Source of the DNA: Bacteroidetes bacterium UBA7674 | Lineage (GTDB): Bacteria > Bacteroidota > Bacteroidia > Chitinophagales > Chitinophagaceae | NCBI GenBank assembly: GCA_002483105.1 | Contig: DLHG01000011.1 | Coordinates: 190,497 to 254,496, forward strand | Direction of reading: 5' to 3' | DNA: 64,000 nt | Shown: positions 1 to 10,282 of the stretch, piece by piece | How the letters are laid out: each line of letters opens with the position of its first letter | Numbering within the stretch: the first letter of the stretch is position 1 | Notes under the pieces: generated by a model | Told to the model about the DNA's origin: nothing | The model's input: only the letters and a program-made list of their open reading frames with translations | Databases searched by the model: none | Position numbers and translations under genes: made by a program

Positions 1-415
1 CTGCACATGCCGAAACACCATGGCCGTTCAGGCGTTGTTCTGAAGGGATGTTCAGCCATTTGGCAGATGCACCTGTGGAGATGATCACAGCATCGGCTTC
101 TATCCATTTTTCATCGTCTATCTGTACTTTGAACGGGCGGTTGCTAAAGTCAACCTTGGTAGCCATACCCCAACGGATATCTGCGCCCATACGTTGTGCC
201 TGTTGTTCAAATTCCACCATCATTTCCGGTCCCATGATACCATTAGGATAGCCGGGATAATTCTCCACATCAGTAGTAATGGTCAATTGTCCGCCTGGTT
301 GCAGACCTTGATATAAAACCGGTTTTAGATTCGCGCGTGCTGCATATATAGCTGCGGTATATCCCGCTGGTCCTGAGCCTATTATCAGGCAATGTACTTT
401 TTCCGTGTCCGACAT
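1..415 (-). CDS. trxB: thioredoxin-disulfide reductase, N-terminal 138 codons (gene continues past left edge)
   Basis: Not in ORF track (no stop in window). Hand translation of minus strand from ATG at 413-415: MSDTEKVHCLIIGSGPAGYTAAIYAARANLKPVLYQGLQPGGQLTITTDVENYPGYPNG ... PSEQRLNGHGVSACA; GxGxxG FAD fingerprint and start of the TrxB CATC redox site cut by the window edge. Confidence 0.85.
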   Translation of the reverse strand, partial: MSDTEKVHCLIIGSGPAGYTAAIYAARANLKPVLYQGLQPGGQLTITTDVENYPGYPNGIMGPEMMVEFEQQAQRMGADIRWGMATKVDFSNRPFKVQIDDEKWIEADAVIISTGASAKWLNIPSEQRLNGHGVSACA

Positions 416-537
416 TAATTCAATATTAGCTTACAAAAATGCGAAATCCTGAAGACTATCAGGCTATTATTTATCTACATCACTATTCACAATTAATATG
501 TAGTGAATAATTATATTTTATGGCTCTTGAAATGAGA

Positions 538-567
538 ACTGCCAACTACTGCCAACTACTGCCAACT
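538..567 (+). repeat. tandem decamer (ACTGCCAACT) x3
   Basis: act gccaact act gccaact act gccaact read directly; similar ctgc(c/t)aac words at 26621-26660. Confidence 0.8.
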
Positions 568-573
568 AGGATA

Positions 574-1503
574 CTAGCGGTACTCCTGTATCTTGATATA
601 CGCCGAGCCATACCCGGCCCATATGCCCAATGCGCCGTTGGAGAAGTTGGTAGGCAGGTTAGTAGGCGAGGCAAACGGATTGCCAATTACATTAATGGCA
701 AATTGATAAGTTTTCCAGAACTCATATACATTCCGGTCAATAGCGCTCCATTTCAGGGTAATTGAGTCACCTCTTCTCGGATATGCCTCCGCGGCTGAAT
801 CGGGTAAGGAAGGAGGGTATCCAAAGCCTATCTGTATATTCGGCAGGTATTCACCATTACTTCCCAGTTCTTCCGCTGACGCTATATCCACAGGATAATA
901 AGGCTCATCGTTCTTGCTGGTATAATAGCGGAAGTAATTACCTGTAGTGTCGGGATCTTTTACATTAATGAAAAGAGAGACCGCATCTTCAGGAGTGGTA
1001 GAGAACGTCCTTGGGTCGTTCAACGGGCCACCATAAAAGCTATCAACAGGCACCAACGATGGTATCTTAGTTGTTGCCTCGTAGGTTTTACCCTCGTAGG
1101 TAACAGATAGTTTGTATGATTTATTGAACTCACCGAGAAAAGCATTGCCCAGGGTTGCAGTATCTATTGTGTACACCGAAAATTTCACCCCGCTGCTATC
1201 CAGTATATATTCCTTCAGTGTATCTGTTTGCGTTCCATCTGAAATAATTACGATCGCATCATGTACGAAGTTCCCTTCTAGTGTACTGAGGTCCACTTTG
1301 GAAAAGAAACCAAACGACTTGGTGATAACAACAAATGGAGGTCTGTCATTTTCTATTTCTCCTTCTATCACAAGGCTGGTGTTGCCTGTTCCAAGGTCAA
1401 GTTTCACTACTTTCTCGCAGGAGATGAAGAAACTGGCTAGAAATAGAAAAACAGCAATACCAACATATCGGGAGGCACTGCTGTTTGCTAATTTTATGGT
1501 CAT
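574..1503 (-). CDS. DUF4249-like lipoprotein
   Basis: 309-aa ORF; signal sequence ending in lipobox-like FFISC; LVIEGEIENDRPPFVVITKS block resembles DUF4249 lipoproteins of Bacteroidota (family recalled from memory). Confidence 0.55.
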   Translation of the reverse strand: MTIKLANSSASRYVGIAVFLFLASFFISCEKVVKLDLGTGNTSLVIEGEIENDRPPFVVITKSFGFFSKVDLSTLEGNFVHDAIVIISDGTQTDTLKEYILDSSGVKFSVYTIDTATLGNAFLGEFNKSYKLSVTYEGKTYEATTKIPSLVPVDSFYGGPLNDPRTFSTTPEDAVSLFINVKDPDTTGNYFRYYTSKNDEPYYPVDIASAEELGSNGEYLPNIQIGFGYPPSLPDSAAEAYPRRGDSITLKWSAIDRNVYEFWKTYQFAINVIGNPFASPTNLPTNFSNGALGIWAGYGSAYIKIQEYR

Positions 1504-1553
1504 AAAGCCGGGGCTGTAAAAAGTCTATTGATCAAAGGTACGGAAATCTGTTA

Positions 1554-2330
1554 TTAATAGCTTCCTACCGCATATTTACCATCCGGAGTGTATATCACAG
1601 GGAACACTTTGTGGTATTTCTCAAAGTAATCATATCCTGCTTTCAGGTTCACCCAGAATTCCTGTTTCATTTGTTCCTTAGAGTATTCCCTTCCCAGGAA
1701 GTTCAGGCCTTGTTCATCAAAGCGGGTAGGGAAGATGTGCACGGGGATATATGTTTCGCCGTTTACTTTCGCGTTCATGCAAAGCACATATAGTTCTTGT
1801 ATCACGTCATCGGTCATTGGCATACAACCGACAGTTACACAGCCGCCGTGTATATATATATCGCCACCCGGCTTTTGCCGGTTGCTTAGCACCTGGTCAG
1901 AATAGTTCGGATAGTTGATGAGCATAGACAGGTAATAGTCGCTGCGAGGGTTAAAGTCTTCTATAAAGTAGAAACCTTCCGGCACTTGCCTGTCTCCCTC
2001 ATAGCGCTTAGGGCCTAATATGCCCGAGAGTGCGCAAATGCGGTAGAGTTTGATCAGTTTGTATTCGCTATCCGGGTCGTTCCTGCCCCATACTTCCATT
2101 TCGTTCTGAGACTTGAAGGAGCGTATGTAAATGTCTTTAGGAGGATAAGCTATGCCTTTACTTTCAAACGTCTGGCGGAGGCCATCATTATACTTGGCCC
2201 AGGCTTGAGATACACGGGTAAAAGAGAACTGGAAATTTTTGAAAGTCAGGTCTTCCTGCGCAAAAGTGGTCAGAGAACCTGCACATAAAACCAACGCCAC
2301 GATAAAGCTGCGAAACATCATTTTCACCAT
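1554..2330 (-). CDS. L,D-transpeptidase (YkuD) family protein
   Basis: 258 aa, N-terminal signal peptide, catalytic-type block IYIHGGCVTVGCMPMTD (His...Cys). Confidence 0.7.
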   Translation of the reverse strand: MVKMMFRSFIVALVLCAGSLTTFAQEDLTFKNFQFSFTRVSQAWAKYNDGLRQTFESKGIAYPPKDIYIRSFKSQNEMEVWGRNDPDSEYKLIKLYRICALSGILGPKRYEGDRQVPEGFYFIEDFNPRSDYYLSMLINYPNYSDQVLSNRQKPGGDIYIHGGCVTVGCMPMTDDVIQELYVLCMNAKVNGETYIPVHIFPTRFDEQGLNFLGREYSKEQMKQEFWVNLKAGYDYFEKYHKVFPVIYTPDGKYAVGSY

Positions 2331-2434
2331 AAACCTTCTATAATGGGACAGAAAGAAATTGTCCTGTTTTGTAAAATGTAAGTTGTATTCACAAATATAT
2401 GGGGTTTATGGCTAATTTCTATCGAAAAAACGTT

Positions 2435-2470
2435 AAAAAAGCCCCCCAAATTGTGCTTGGAGGGCTTTTT
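2435..2470 (-). terminator. rho-independent terminator downstream of hppD
   Basis: aagcccccc / ggagggctt stem flanked by A-run/T-run; lies just after the hppD stop at 2499 on the minus strand. Confidence 0.55.
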
Positions 2471-2498
2471 ACAATTATATGATATATAAGCGCTTATC

Positions 2499-3629
2499 CT
2501 AGAGGTTGCCCCTTTTTGCCTGCTCTCTTTCAATGGATTCAAATAGCGCCTTGAAGTTACCTGCACCGAAGCTTTTTGCACCTTTACGCTGGATGATCTC
2601 AAAGAACAGGGTCGGGCGGTCTTCTACCGGCTTAGTGAAGATCTGCAAGAGATACCCTTCATCGTCGCGGTCCACCAGTATTTTCAATTCTTTGAGCGGT
2701 TCCAGGTCCTCATCTATCTTACCCACACGGTTGAACAGTTCGTCGTAGTAAGAATCCGGTGTATCCAGGAATTCTACCCCGCGCGACTTCAGGTCGCGTA
2801 CGGTAGCAATGATGTCATTGGTCGCTATCGCAACGTGTTGCACACCCTCACCTTCGTAGAAATCAAGGTACTCTTCTATCTGCGATTTCTTCTTTCCTTC
2901 TGCAGGTTCGTTGATTGGGAATTTCACATAGCCATTACCGTTACTCATCACCTTACTCATCAGGGCCGAATATTCAGTATTGATTTCCTTGTCATCAAAT
3001 GACAGGATGTTCACGAAGCCCATTACATCTTCATACCATTTAATGGTTGGGTTCATGCGGTTCCAACCCACATTACCTACGCAATGGTCAATATACAGGA
3101 GGCCTGTTTCCTTAGTTACCTGCGGGCTTTCCCATACTTTATAACCCGGCATGAAAGCGCCATTGTAATTCTTGCGCTCGATGAACATGTGTACCGTTTC
3201 ACCATAAGTATAGATACCTGCCATTTTCACTTCACCATGTTCATCAGTAATTGTTTGTGGTTCCAGGTACGATTTAGCACCACGTTTAGTGGTCTCTTCA
3301 TAGCTCTTGTAAGCATCATCAACCCACAGTGCCAGTATCTTAACACCATCACCATGTTTGCGAACGTGTTCGCTGACAGGATGGTCGCTTTTCAGTGCTG
3401 TAGTAAGCACCAGGCGTATTTTACCTTGTTGCAGTACATAAGACGCTCTGTCTTTAACACCTGTTTCCGGGCCTGCATATGCCAGTGCCTGGTAGCCGAA
3501 TGCAGCCCTGTAATAGTAGGCAGCTTGTTTAGCGTTACCTACATAAAATTCTACGTAGTCAGTACCATTGATAGGTAGGAAGTCTTGTGCCTGCGCCATT
3601 TTCTGGCTAACTGATAATGTATTATCCAT
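2499..3629 (-). CDS. hppD: 4-hydroxyphenylpyruvate dioxygenase
   Basis: 376 aa; two VOC modules; C-terminal GVQHVAIATNDI, GYLLQIFTKP, FFEIIQRKG and GFGAGNFKALFESIE blocks typical of HPPD. Confidence 0.9.
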   Translation of the reverse strand: MDNTLSVSQKMAQAQDFLPINGTDYVEFYVGNAKQAAYYYRAAFGYQALAYAGPETGVKDRASYVLQQGKIRLVLTTALKSDHPVSEHVRKHGDGVKILALWVDDAYKSYEETTKRGAKSYLEPQTITDEHGEVKMAGIYTYGETVHMFIERKNYNGAFMPGYKVWESPQVTKETGLLYIDHCVGNVGWNRMNPTIKWYEDVMGFVNILSFDDKEINTEYSALMSKVMSNGNGYVKFPINEPAEGKKKSQIEEYLDFYEGEGVQHVAIATNDIIATVRDLKSRGVEFLDTPDSYYDELFNRVGKIDEDLEPLKELKILVDRDDEGYLLQIFTKPVEDRPTLFFEIIQRKGAKSFGAGNFKALFESIEREQAKRGNL

Positions 3630-3871
3630 TGTATAAAATGTTTTTAATTGAAAAATTGATCGTTCTAAATGATGTTACTATAATACCAGCAACTCCATTC
3701 CGCCATTGCACTTGTTCTCAATAATTCTCTATTTAATGCAGCAAATCTTATCATAGCCAATCTTCAAAATCAAAAAAATCTTCACAAATTTCTCAGCGTC
3801 TTACCGTCTTTGCGGTTAAATTTTTCAAGCCCTGGTTAATCCCTTAATCCGCAGAATTCCGGTTCAAAAAC

Positions 3872-5032
3872 TTATTCTATCCAGCTGTAAGTATAACTGT
3901 CGTCTTCTATACCTAGTACTTCATTTGTCATTTTCAATGGGTGGAATGTATCTACCATAACGGCCAGCTCTTTGGTATCTAAAGCGCCAATGCTCTTTTC
4001 CACAGTGCCCGGGTGCGGGCCGTGCGGAATACCCGCAGGGTGCAACGTTATCATACCACGCTCCACATGCTTGCGGCTCATAAAGTCACCATCTACATAA
4101 TACAGCACTTCATCACTATCAATATTACTATGATTGTATGGTGCAGGTATCGAACCCGGGTGATAATCAAATAAGCGTGGCACGAATGAGCAAATAACAA
4201 AATTATGCCCGTCAAATGTCTGGTGTACGGGTGGTGGCTGATGCACACGCCCTGTTATTGGTTCAAAGTCGTGTATGCTGATAGCATAAGGATAATCGCA
4301 ACCATCCCAACCCACTACATCAAACGGATGTGAGCCATACCACATAGGGTAAAGCAGTCCTTTCTTTTTTATGTTGATGAGGAATTCCCCTTTCTGGTCT
4401 ATTGCTTCTGCAAACTCCGGCTTGCGGATATCACGCTCACAGAATGGCGAGTGCTCCAGTAACTGTCCGTACTTGCTCAAATATCTTTTAGGAAATGCTA
4501 CAGGTCCGAATGATTCTATAATGAACAGGCGGTTGTCTTTAGTATCAAATTCCAATTGATAAATAGTACCACGGGGCACTACTAAATAATCTCCATACCC
4601 GAACTTGATATGGCCATAGCAGGTCTTCAATGTTCCGGTTCCTTCATGCACAAAGATCACTTCATCAGCATCCGCATTCTTGTAGAACACATCTTCCTTA
4701 AAGCTATTCTGTGGTGCGGCAAAGGTCAGTTGACAGTCGTTATTAAAGAGTGCCACCTTTCGGCTATCCAGGTATTCAGCTTCAGGTTTTACATTAAAAC
4801 CTTTAAAGCACCTGTGCTTCAGGATATTATCATTCGCGGCTTTAGGAGAAACATCTTTAGGCTCTTCGGTACGAATGATAGTTGTTGGTGGATAAATATG
4901 ATAGAGTAGTGTATAGTCGGAAGAGAAACCTTCGGTACTGAACAGTTGCTCAGAATATAAAGTGCCATCAGGCTTACGGAATTGTGTATGCCTTTTGTGT
5001 GGTATGTTCCCGAGCGTATAATAATGTGGCAT
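3872..5032 (-). CDS. hmgA: homogentisate 1,2-dioxygenase
   Basis: 386 aa cupin dioxygenase adjacent to hppD; conserved C-terminal HNFVICSFVPR ... NHSNIDSDEVLYY ... ITLHPAGIPHGPHPG region. Confidence 0.88.
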   Translation of the reverse strand: MPHYYTLGNIPHKRHTQFRKPDGTLYSEQLFSTEGFSSDYTLLYHIYPPTTIIRTEEPKDVSPKAANDNILKHRCFKGFNVKPEAEYLDSRKVALFNNDCQLTFAAPQNSFKEDVFYKNADADEVIFVHEGTGTLKTCYGHIKFGYGDYLVVPRGTIYQLEFDTKDNRLFIIESFGPVAFPKRYLSKYGQLLEHSPFCERDIRKPEFAEAIDQKGEFLINIKKKGLLYPMWYGSHPFDVVGWDGCDYPYAISIHDFEPITGRVHQPPPVHQTFDGHNFVICSFVPRLFDYHPGSIPAPYNHSNIDSDEVLYYVDGDFMSRKHVERGMITLHPAGIPHGPHPGTVEKSIGALDTKELAVMVDTFHPLKMTNEVLGIEDDSYTYSWIE

Positions 5033-5102
5033 CTGTTAGTTTATTTGTTCAAAATTACGATTTTACCGTCCCTTTTACAAGGCTTCAAAATGATGATCTT
5101 TA

Positions 5103-5696
5103 TCATATTAATGTCAGTAACACCTGCAAAAGCCCTATCGCAAAACCCAGCACAGCACCTATCACTTCTATGAACCTGAATTCCTTGCTCATAATGGCTG
5201 TCAGTATTTCTTCCAGCTTGTCTGAGGAGAACTTCGATACTTTGTCGGTCACTATCTGTTCAATATTGATCTGTTGGCTGAGGGAGTCGGTGTACTTAGC
5301 CAGTACTTCCGGTAGCAATATCTCTATTTCTTCCATCATTCCCTCTTTCAACTGGCCTATGGTCTTCTCGCCTATGAACATGGATATCATGGGCATTTTT
5401 TCCACCAGTTTCACTTTCAGGAAATTGTCCAGGTGCGATTCTATAATGGGGTTGAGCTCTTTCAGCCTGCTGGGGTCTTTTATTTTGACGGCTATCTCGT
5501 CAAAATTCAGCAACTCTGTAGCTACCAGTGTACCCAGTTTGGCGGCAAACTGTTGTTGCCGCTTAGGGAAGATGCCCTGTATGGTAATACCCAAAAAGCG
5601 TTTCGGCTCTTTTGGGTGAAACAACATTTTTATGGCTATCCAGTTAGTGAACCAACCAATAAATGCAGATATAAATGGGATGAGATATAATATCAT
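5103..5696 (-). CDS. DUF445 family membrane protein
   Basis: 197 aa; N-terminal FIGWFTNWIAIKMLFHP motif and C-terminal TM helix typical of DUF445/YheB. Confidence 0.6.
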   Translation of the reverse strand: MILYLIPFISAFIGWFTNWIAIKMLFHPKEPKRFLGITIQGIFPKRQQQFAAKLGTLVATELLNFDEIAVKIKDPSRLKELNPIIESHLDNFLKVKLVEKMPMISMFIGEKTIGQLKEGMMEEIEILLPEVLAKYTDSLSQQINIEQIVTDKVSKFSSDKLEEILTAIMSKEFRFIEVIGAVLGFAIGLLQVLLTLI

Positions 5697-5712
5697 TGAA
5701 ATGCTCCTGTAG

Positions 5713-7830
5713 TTATAGTTCTATCCATGCCTTGGTCTTAAGGCTGTCTATTGCGGCAATGCTTGCGCGTGATGTGTTGATGAGTTCTTCTATGGGTATC
5801 AGTGCGCTGCCGCCTGTCTTTATTTTTTCCATCAGCAATTTGAACTGCGCGTTATGTCCCTTATCCTGGCTGGCCGACTCAGAAGAGAAATTGTTGAATC
5901 CAAAGCCTTTCAGCTTCTTCCAGTTCTCCATCACCAGGGTTCTTTCCTGGCTATAGACTTCTACACGTTCTTTCTCGTATGCTTTGCTGCCGTTGGCGAA
6001 GTAATTGATCACAGCATTGGAACCATTCTCATACTGTAACAGTATCGTAGCGTTGTCTGTATTCTCTGCCGGATGAACACCCATTGCATTCATACACACT
6101 GCTTTCACCAGCGAACCGGTTAGATATGTGCAGAGGTCTATAAAGTGGCAGGCTTCCCCTATTATACGCCCCCCACCTGTTTCCATATCGTGCAGCCAGT
6201 TGTTAGCAGGTATGTACCCTGCGTTTACGTTGGCAACAATATTCATGGGTGCTTCTCCATTGCCCAGCAGACGTTTCATCTTCACTGCCAGCGATGCGAA
6301 ACGACGATTATAACCTACGCTCAGCGTCTGATTGTTTTGTTCATAAGCATCTATCACACCATCCAGCTCTTCATGCGTCAGTGCCAATGGCTTTTCTACA
6401 AACACATGTTTCTTTGCCTTCAGTGCTTCTTCCACCATATGCGCATGTTGGTTGTGCCTGGTGGTGATGAATACGATGTCTATGTCACTATCCTGTAGTA
6501 TGCTTTTATAATCCGTTGTGGCACCGCCTATGCCATGTTTCTTCGCAAGCGTTACGCCCGAGAGTCCCGCTGCGCTGGCTATTGTTTTAATATCTGTATT
6601 GCAGGCTTTCAATGCAGGTAATACAATGGCTCCTGTGAAATTCCCTGAGCCTATGATGCCCGCTATACCTTTCTGCCCGTTGAAACTACGCTCACTCAAC
6701 TTGATGGTATGTTCCAGCGGTGTATTGTCATTATAACTAATGATGGTCGCAATAGAGTTGGGTTTACTCATGTTGCCATACACCTTCCGGTAATCGCTCA
6801 GGGGTATTCGTTCTGTTATCAGCGATTGTACTTCCAGTTGTCCGCTTGCCAGTGCTTGCAGCACGGTTTCAAAATTTCGTTTCTCTGTCCAACGCACAAA
6901 GCCAATAGGGTAGTCAACACCTTTTTGTTCATACACACTATCATATCTCCCCGGCCCGTAAGAGCAGCTCACCTGGAAGCTCAGTTCTTTTTCAAAGAAG
7001 TCTGCACGGCTAATGTTCAGTCCCACTACACCTACCAATACTATGCGCCCGCGCTTGCGGCTCATCTGTGCTGACTGTGCTATTATATCATCGCCTTTAC
7101 TTGAGGCTGTTATAATCACTGCATCTGCACCTATCCCATTAGTGAGAGAGGTGACGAATTTTACAGTATCTGTTCCTTCACCAGGGTTCACAGTAATGAT
7201 ACCTTTCGCTGCTGCCAGCAATAATTTATTGCTGTCGTAGTCTATACCTATCACACGGCAACCGTTCGCTTTCAGTAGTTGTGCGGTCAGTTGCCCTATC
7301 AGGCCCATACCTACTACCACGACTGTTTCGCCAAATGTCGGGTTCACCAATCTAATGCCTTGCAAGCCTATGGCACCTATCACGGTAAAGGCTGCTTCCT
7401 CATCACTTATCTCATCCGGTATTTTCGCCACAAGGTTCTGTGGTATGCACACTATCTCCGCATGATTGCCATTAGAGGCTACGCGGTCACCTATTTTAAA
7501 TTCAGTTACGCCTTTGCCTATCGCTATCACTTTACCTACGTTGCAGTAGCCCAGTGGTATAGGTTGCCCCAGTTTATTGAAAACAGCGTTGATGGTTGGT
7601 TTAAGTCCGTCGGTCTTTATTTTGTTCAGCACCATTTTCACCCTGTCGGGTTGCTGACGTGCTTTGTTTATCCATCCTGCTTTGCCAAACTCTACCAGCA
7701 TACGTTCCGTTCCCAGCGATAACAAGCTACGACTGGTGCGTATCAGCACGGCGCCGTTCCTTACCATTGGGGCAGGTACGTCTTCAAGTATGGTATCTCC
7801 GTTTTTTAGGTCCTGGATGATCTGTTTCAT
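5713..7830 (-). CDS. bi-domain oxidoreductase (zinc-type alcohol dehydrogenase/MDR N-half fused to Gfo/Idh/MocA C-half)
   Basis: 705 aa; MDR-like N-half with Rossmann VVVVGMGLIGQL; second Rossmann GIAGIIGSGNFTG plus EKP motif (VFVEKPLA) of Gfo/Idh/MocA. Confidence 0.75.
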   Translation of the reverse strand: MKQIIQDLKNGDTILEDVPAPMVRNGAVLIRTSRSLLSLGTERMLVEFGKAGWINKARQQPDRVKMVLNKIKTDGLKPTINAVFNKLGQPIPLGYCNVGKVIAIGKGVTEFKIGDRVASNGNHAEIVCIPQNLVAKIPDEISDEEAAFTVIGAIGLQGIRLVNPTFGETVVVVGMGLIGQLTAQLLKANGCRVIGIDYDSNKLLLAAAKGIITVNPGEGTDTVKFVTSLTNGIGADAVIITASSKGDDIIAQSAQMSRKRGRIVLVGVVGLNISRADFFEKELSFQVSCSYGPGRYDSVYEQKGVDYPIGFVRWTEKRNFETVLQALASGQLEVQSLITERIPLSDYRKVYGNMSKPNSIATIISYNDNTPLEHTIKLSERSFNGQKGIAGIIGSGNFTGAIVLPALKACNTDIKTIASAAGLSGVTLAKKHGIGGATTDYKSILQDSDIDIVFITTRHNQHAHMVEEALKAKKHVFVEKPLALTHEELDGVIDAYEQNNQTLSVGYNRRFASLAVKMKRLLGNGEAPMNIVANVNAGYIPANNWLHDMETGGGRIIGEACHFIDLCTYLTGSLVKAVCMNAMGVHPAENTDNATILLQYENGSNAVINYFANGSKAYEKERVEVYSQERTLVMENWKKLKGFGFNNFSSESASQDKGHNAQFKLLMEKIKTGGSALIPIEELINTSRASIAAIDSLKTKAWIEL

Positions 7831-7891
7831 AGATACTAAAACCGCAAAATGCTTTTACACAACACTTTGGATTTACATAACAATACCAATG

Positions 7892-9037
7892 TTATTGAGG
7901 GGTAAAAGTAAGCTCAAATTCAGAGATCTGCGTCTTATTCTTTACCATATCTGCTATATGCAGCATCAAGGTAGTGGAAAACTCCACTTCACTCCAGTCC
8001 CTGATCTTGTCCTGGGCTAAAAATGGTTGATTTACAGCCGTTTGATGACCTACATCCTTATGATTATACTCTTCCAGCAGGTGTTTTTCATTCTGCCAGA
8101 TAGATAGCCTCCTGAAGTCATCAATTTTAGCGATCACATTACCACATTGCAGGTTAATCGTCTCATTAATACCTTCAAATGGTTCTGTCCTCGAGGTGAT
8201 ATTGATACTCACCAGGTCATTGTATTCAGTAGTAAGTGTGATAATTATATTGTCATCAGGCTCGTTGATGTCTGAATAGGCTACCAGCACTTTGTATTTG
8301 GCAGGTACATGGCCTCTCCGGTGCATCAGGTGTACCATCAGGTCAAGCCAATGTCCCAGGTTTCCGCATATCCTGGAGCCTTCTTCCGGGTTCCTGTACC
8401 AATGGTCAGCGTCCAGCAGGTGTCCTGATATAAAGCAGTTCAGTGATAATGGCTTTTTACTATCGGCTATGTACGATACTACTTTGCGGGTAGCCTTCGC
8501 ATAAGGCCTGTTGTAGCCTGCATATACTTTAGAGGTAGACTTGCTTTTCGCTTCTTTCAATTGGGCAAATTGCTCCCAGCTAATGCTTATCGGCTTCTCT
8601 ATATATACGTCTATATTTTTCTTTAGTGCTTCCAGCGCGTATTGGGTATGGCTGGCGTGGTTCGACACCACATACAGTACCTTCAGGTCAGCATTGCCAA
8701 TGAGGCTTTTTGCATCCTTTGCCTGTTCCTTAAAGTTGTAGAATTTGGAAAGGTTATCCTGCCTTTTGGGATCGATATCATACGAGTTCAGGAATATATT
8801 GCCATGCTCGCGATAGATAAAATAACACACTGTGGAAAAGGAGAATTGACCGCAACCTATTACAGATACGTATCGTTTCCTGGGAAGGAAAACCCCTAGA
8901 ACAAAATGCCTGAATACGGGTTTTTGTAATCGTCCTGCAGCCTTTACTAATGCCCTTTTTAATCCATAAATTTCAGAAAAACGAAATAGTTTCTTGAGTT
9001 TTATAGCAAAAGGTTTCTTTTCTAGATCATACCCCAT
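7892..9037 (-). CDS. Gfo/Idh/MocA-like oxidoreductase
   Basis: 381 aa; VSVIGCGQFS Rossmann start and YIEKPIS (EKP) motif; sits in the polysaccharide cluster. Confidence 0.55.
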   Translation of the reverse strand: MGYDLEKKPFAIKLKKLFRFSEIYGLKRALVKAAGRLQKPVFRHFVLGVFLPRKRYVSVIGCGQFSFSTVCYFIYREHGNIFLNSYDIDPKRQDNLSKFYNFKEQAKDAKSLIGNADLKVLYVVSNHASHTQYALEALKKNIDVYIEKPISISWEQFAQLKEAKSKSTSKVYAGYNRPYAKATRKVVSYIADSKKPLSLNCFISGHLLDADHWYRNPEEGSRICGNLGHWLDLMVHLMHRRGHVPAKYKVLVAYSDINEPDDNIIITLTTEYNDLVSINITSRTEPFEGINETINLQCGNVIAKIDDFRRLSIWQNEKHLLEEYNHKDVGHQTAVNQPFLAQDKIRDWSEVEFSTTLMLHIADMVKNKTQISEFELTFTPQ

Positions 9038-9080
9038 TCCGGTGGATAAGTTGTCGGTTCTAATTGGGGACTAAGTTATC

Positions 9081-10217
9081 TTAACTATTCCTATTTAGGT
9101 AATCTTTCAGCACTTTTAATAGTTTTTCGGCTCTTTCCTGTGCCGTATCAAACTTTTTTAGGATGCTTAGGCCATTTTGTATTAATGTTTTTTGTGTTTC
9201 ATTGCTGTTTATCAGTTGCTCTATGGTATCTACTATGGTATCCGGCTCAAACGGGTCGAAATACAAGGCGGCATCCCCACATATGTCATGAGCATAAGGG
9301 AGGTCTGAGGTAATGATGGGCTTGCGCATCACCATCGCTTCGGGGTAATTAGCCGAAAAGGTCTCCGTAAATGATGGGAAGAACAACGCATCTGCTTTCT
9401 GGTAGGCATCATAGCATTGCTCAGCGGTCAGCGGTCCCAGGTTTATTAACTGCGGATTATTGACGTGCTCCGGAAACCTACTCTTGAAAATCTCCTCAGG
9501 TAGCGTCAGGTAGAAGCTGCACTTGATGTCTCTCGCTTTCAGCAGCGGTAGTATCTTATTAAAGACTTCGAGGTTTTTATGCGGATAGTCTGCGGTTATA
9601 TAAATGAACCGATAAATACCGTTCTTTTCTTTCTCAGGTAGCAAACGAGCCGACTCATACAGCTCACTATAGGTATTGCTGATCACGAAGATGTCCTCTC
9701 CGGGTATATTCAGGCTTTTTTCCAGTTGCTGTTTAGAGTACTCTGTCTCTGTCCATAGCAGAGTGGCTTCATGTTTTATCCTGTTCAGGAGCAAGCACCT
9801 TCTGATGTCATAACGTATTCTTTGTGAGGTAGTTGTAAGCCATACTTCACGCAGAAAGCGAGCTTTGTTAAAAAGGTACAGTCCATTGGCAAAACCTACC
9901 AGATGTGGTGCTTTGGGCTTCCAAAGTGCCGGTCCAAAAACCGTCAATACAAAGTCCGCCTGTATGTTTTTCTCAGCTTTACTCAGTTTTCCTGCAAAAG
10001 TCAGCATATCTACGACTGAAGAGGTCGGATTGGACGAAAAGTGGTGGAACGTAAAATTTCCGGGAAAATTAGATACACTTATCTGCTCGGAAAGTTGCGG
10101 CGAAAGAAATACATGATATTCATGCTCGGTAAACCTTTTTAGTTGTTCCAGCACCGAAGAGGTAACCTGTAAAGCTCCACCTTGCTTTAAATTGGTTGCA
10201 TTAATAATAATTCTCAT
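9081..10217 (-). CDS. glycosyltransferase family 4 (GT-B)
   Basis: 378 aa; C-terminal FFPSFTETFSANYPEAMVMRKPIITSD (E-x7-E-type region). Confidence 0.7.
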   Translation of the reverse strand: MRIIINATNLKQGGALQVTSSVLEQLKRFTEHEYHVFLSPQLSEQISVSNFPGNFTFHHFSSNPTSSVVDMLTFAGKLSKAEKNIQADFVLTVFGPALWKPKAPHLVGFANGLYLFNKARFLREVWLTTTSQRIRYDIRRCLLLNRIKHEATLLWTETEYSKQQLEKSLNIPGEDIFVISNTYSELYESARLLPEKEKNGIYRFIYITADYPHKNLEVFNKILPLLKARDIKCSFYLTLPEEIFKSRFPEHVNNPQLINLGPLTAEQCYDAYQKADALFFPSFTETFSANYPEAMVMRKPIITSDLPYAHDICGDAALYFDPFEPDTIVDTIEQLINSNETQKTLIQNGLSILKKFDTAQERAEKLLKVLKDYLNRNS

Positions 10218-10282
10218 CAGTGGCTTCGGCTGTTATCAGGCAAATATGAGTGTAAAGATAGCAAAATACTAAAGGCCAGCCT

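Noticed and set aside
2324-2602. 92-aa minus-strand ORF spanning the hppD 3-prime end and terminator
   Set aside because: It overlaps the hppD stop region and terminator hairpin, has no motifs, and is likely spurious.
4984-5619. 211-aa plus-strand ORF overlapping hmgA and the DUF445 gene
   Set aside because: It is antisense to two well-supported genes, has no motifs and is Ser/Ile-rich and low in complexity.
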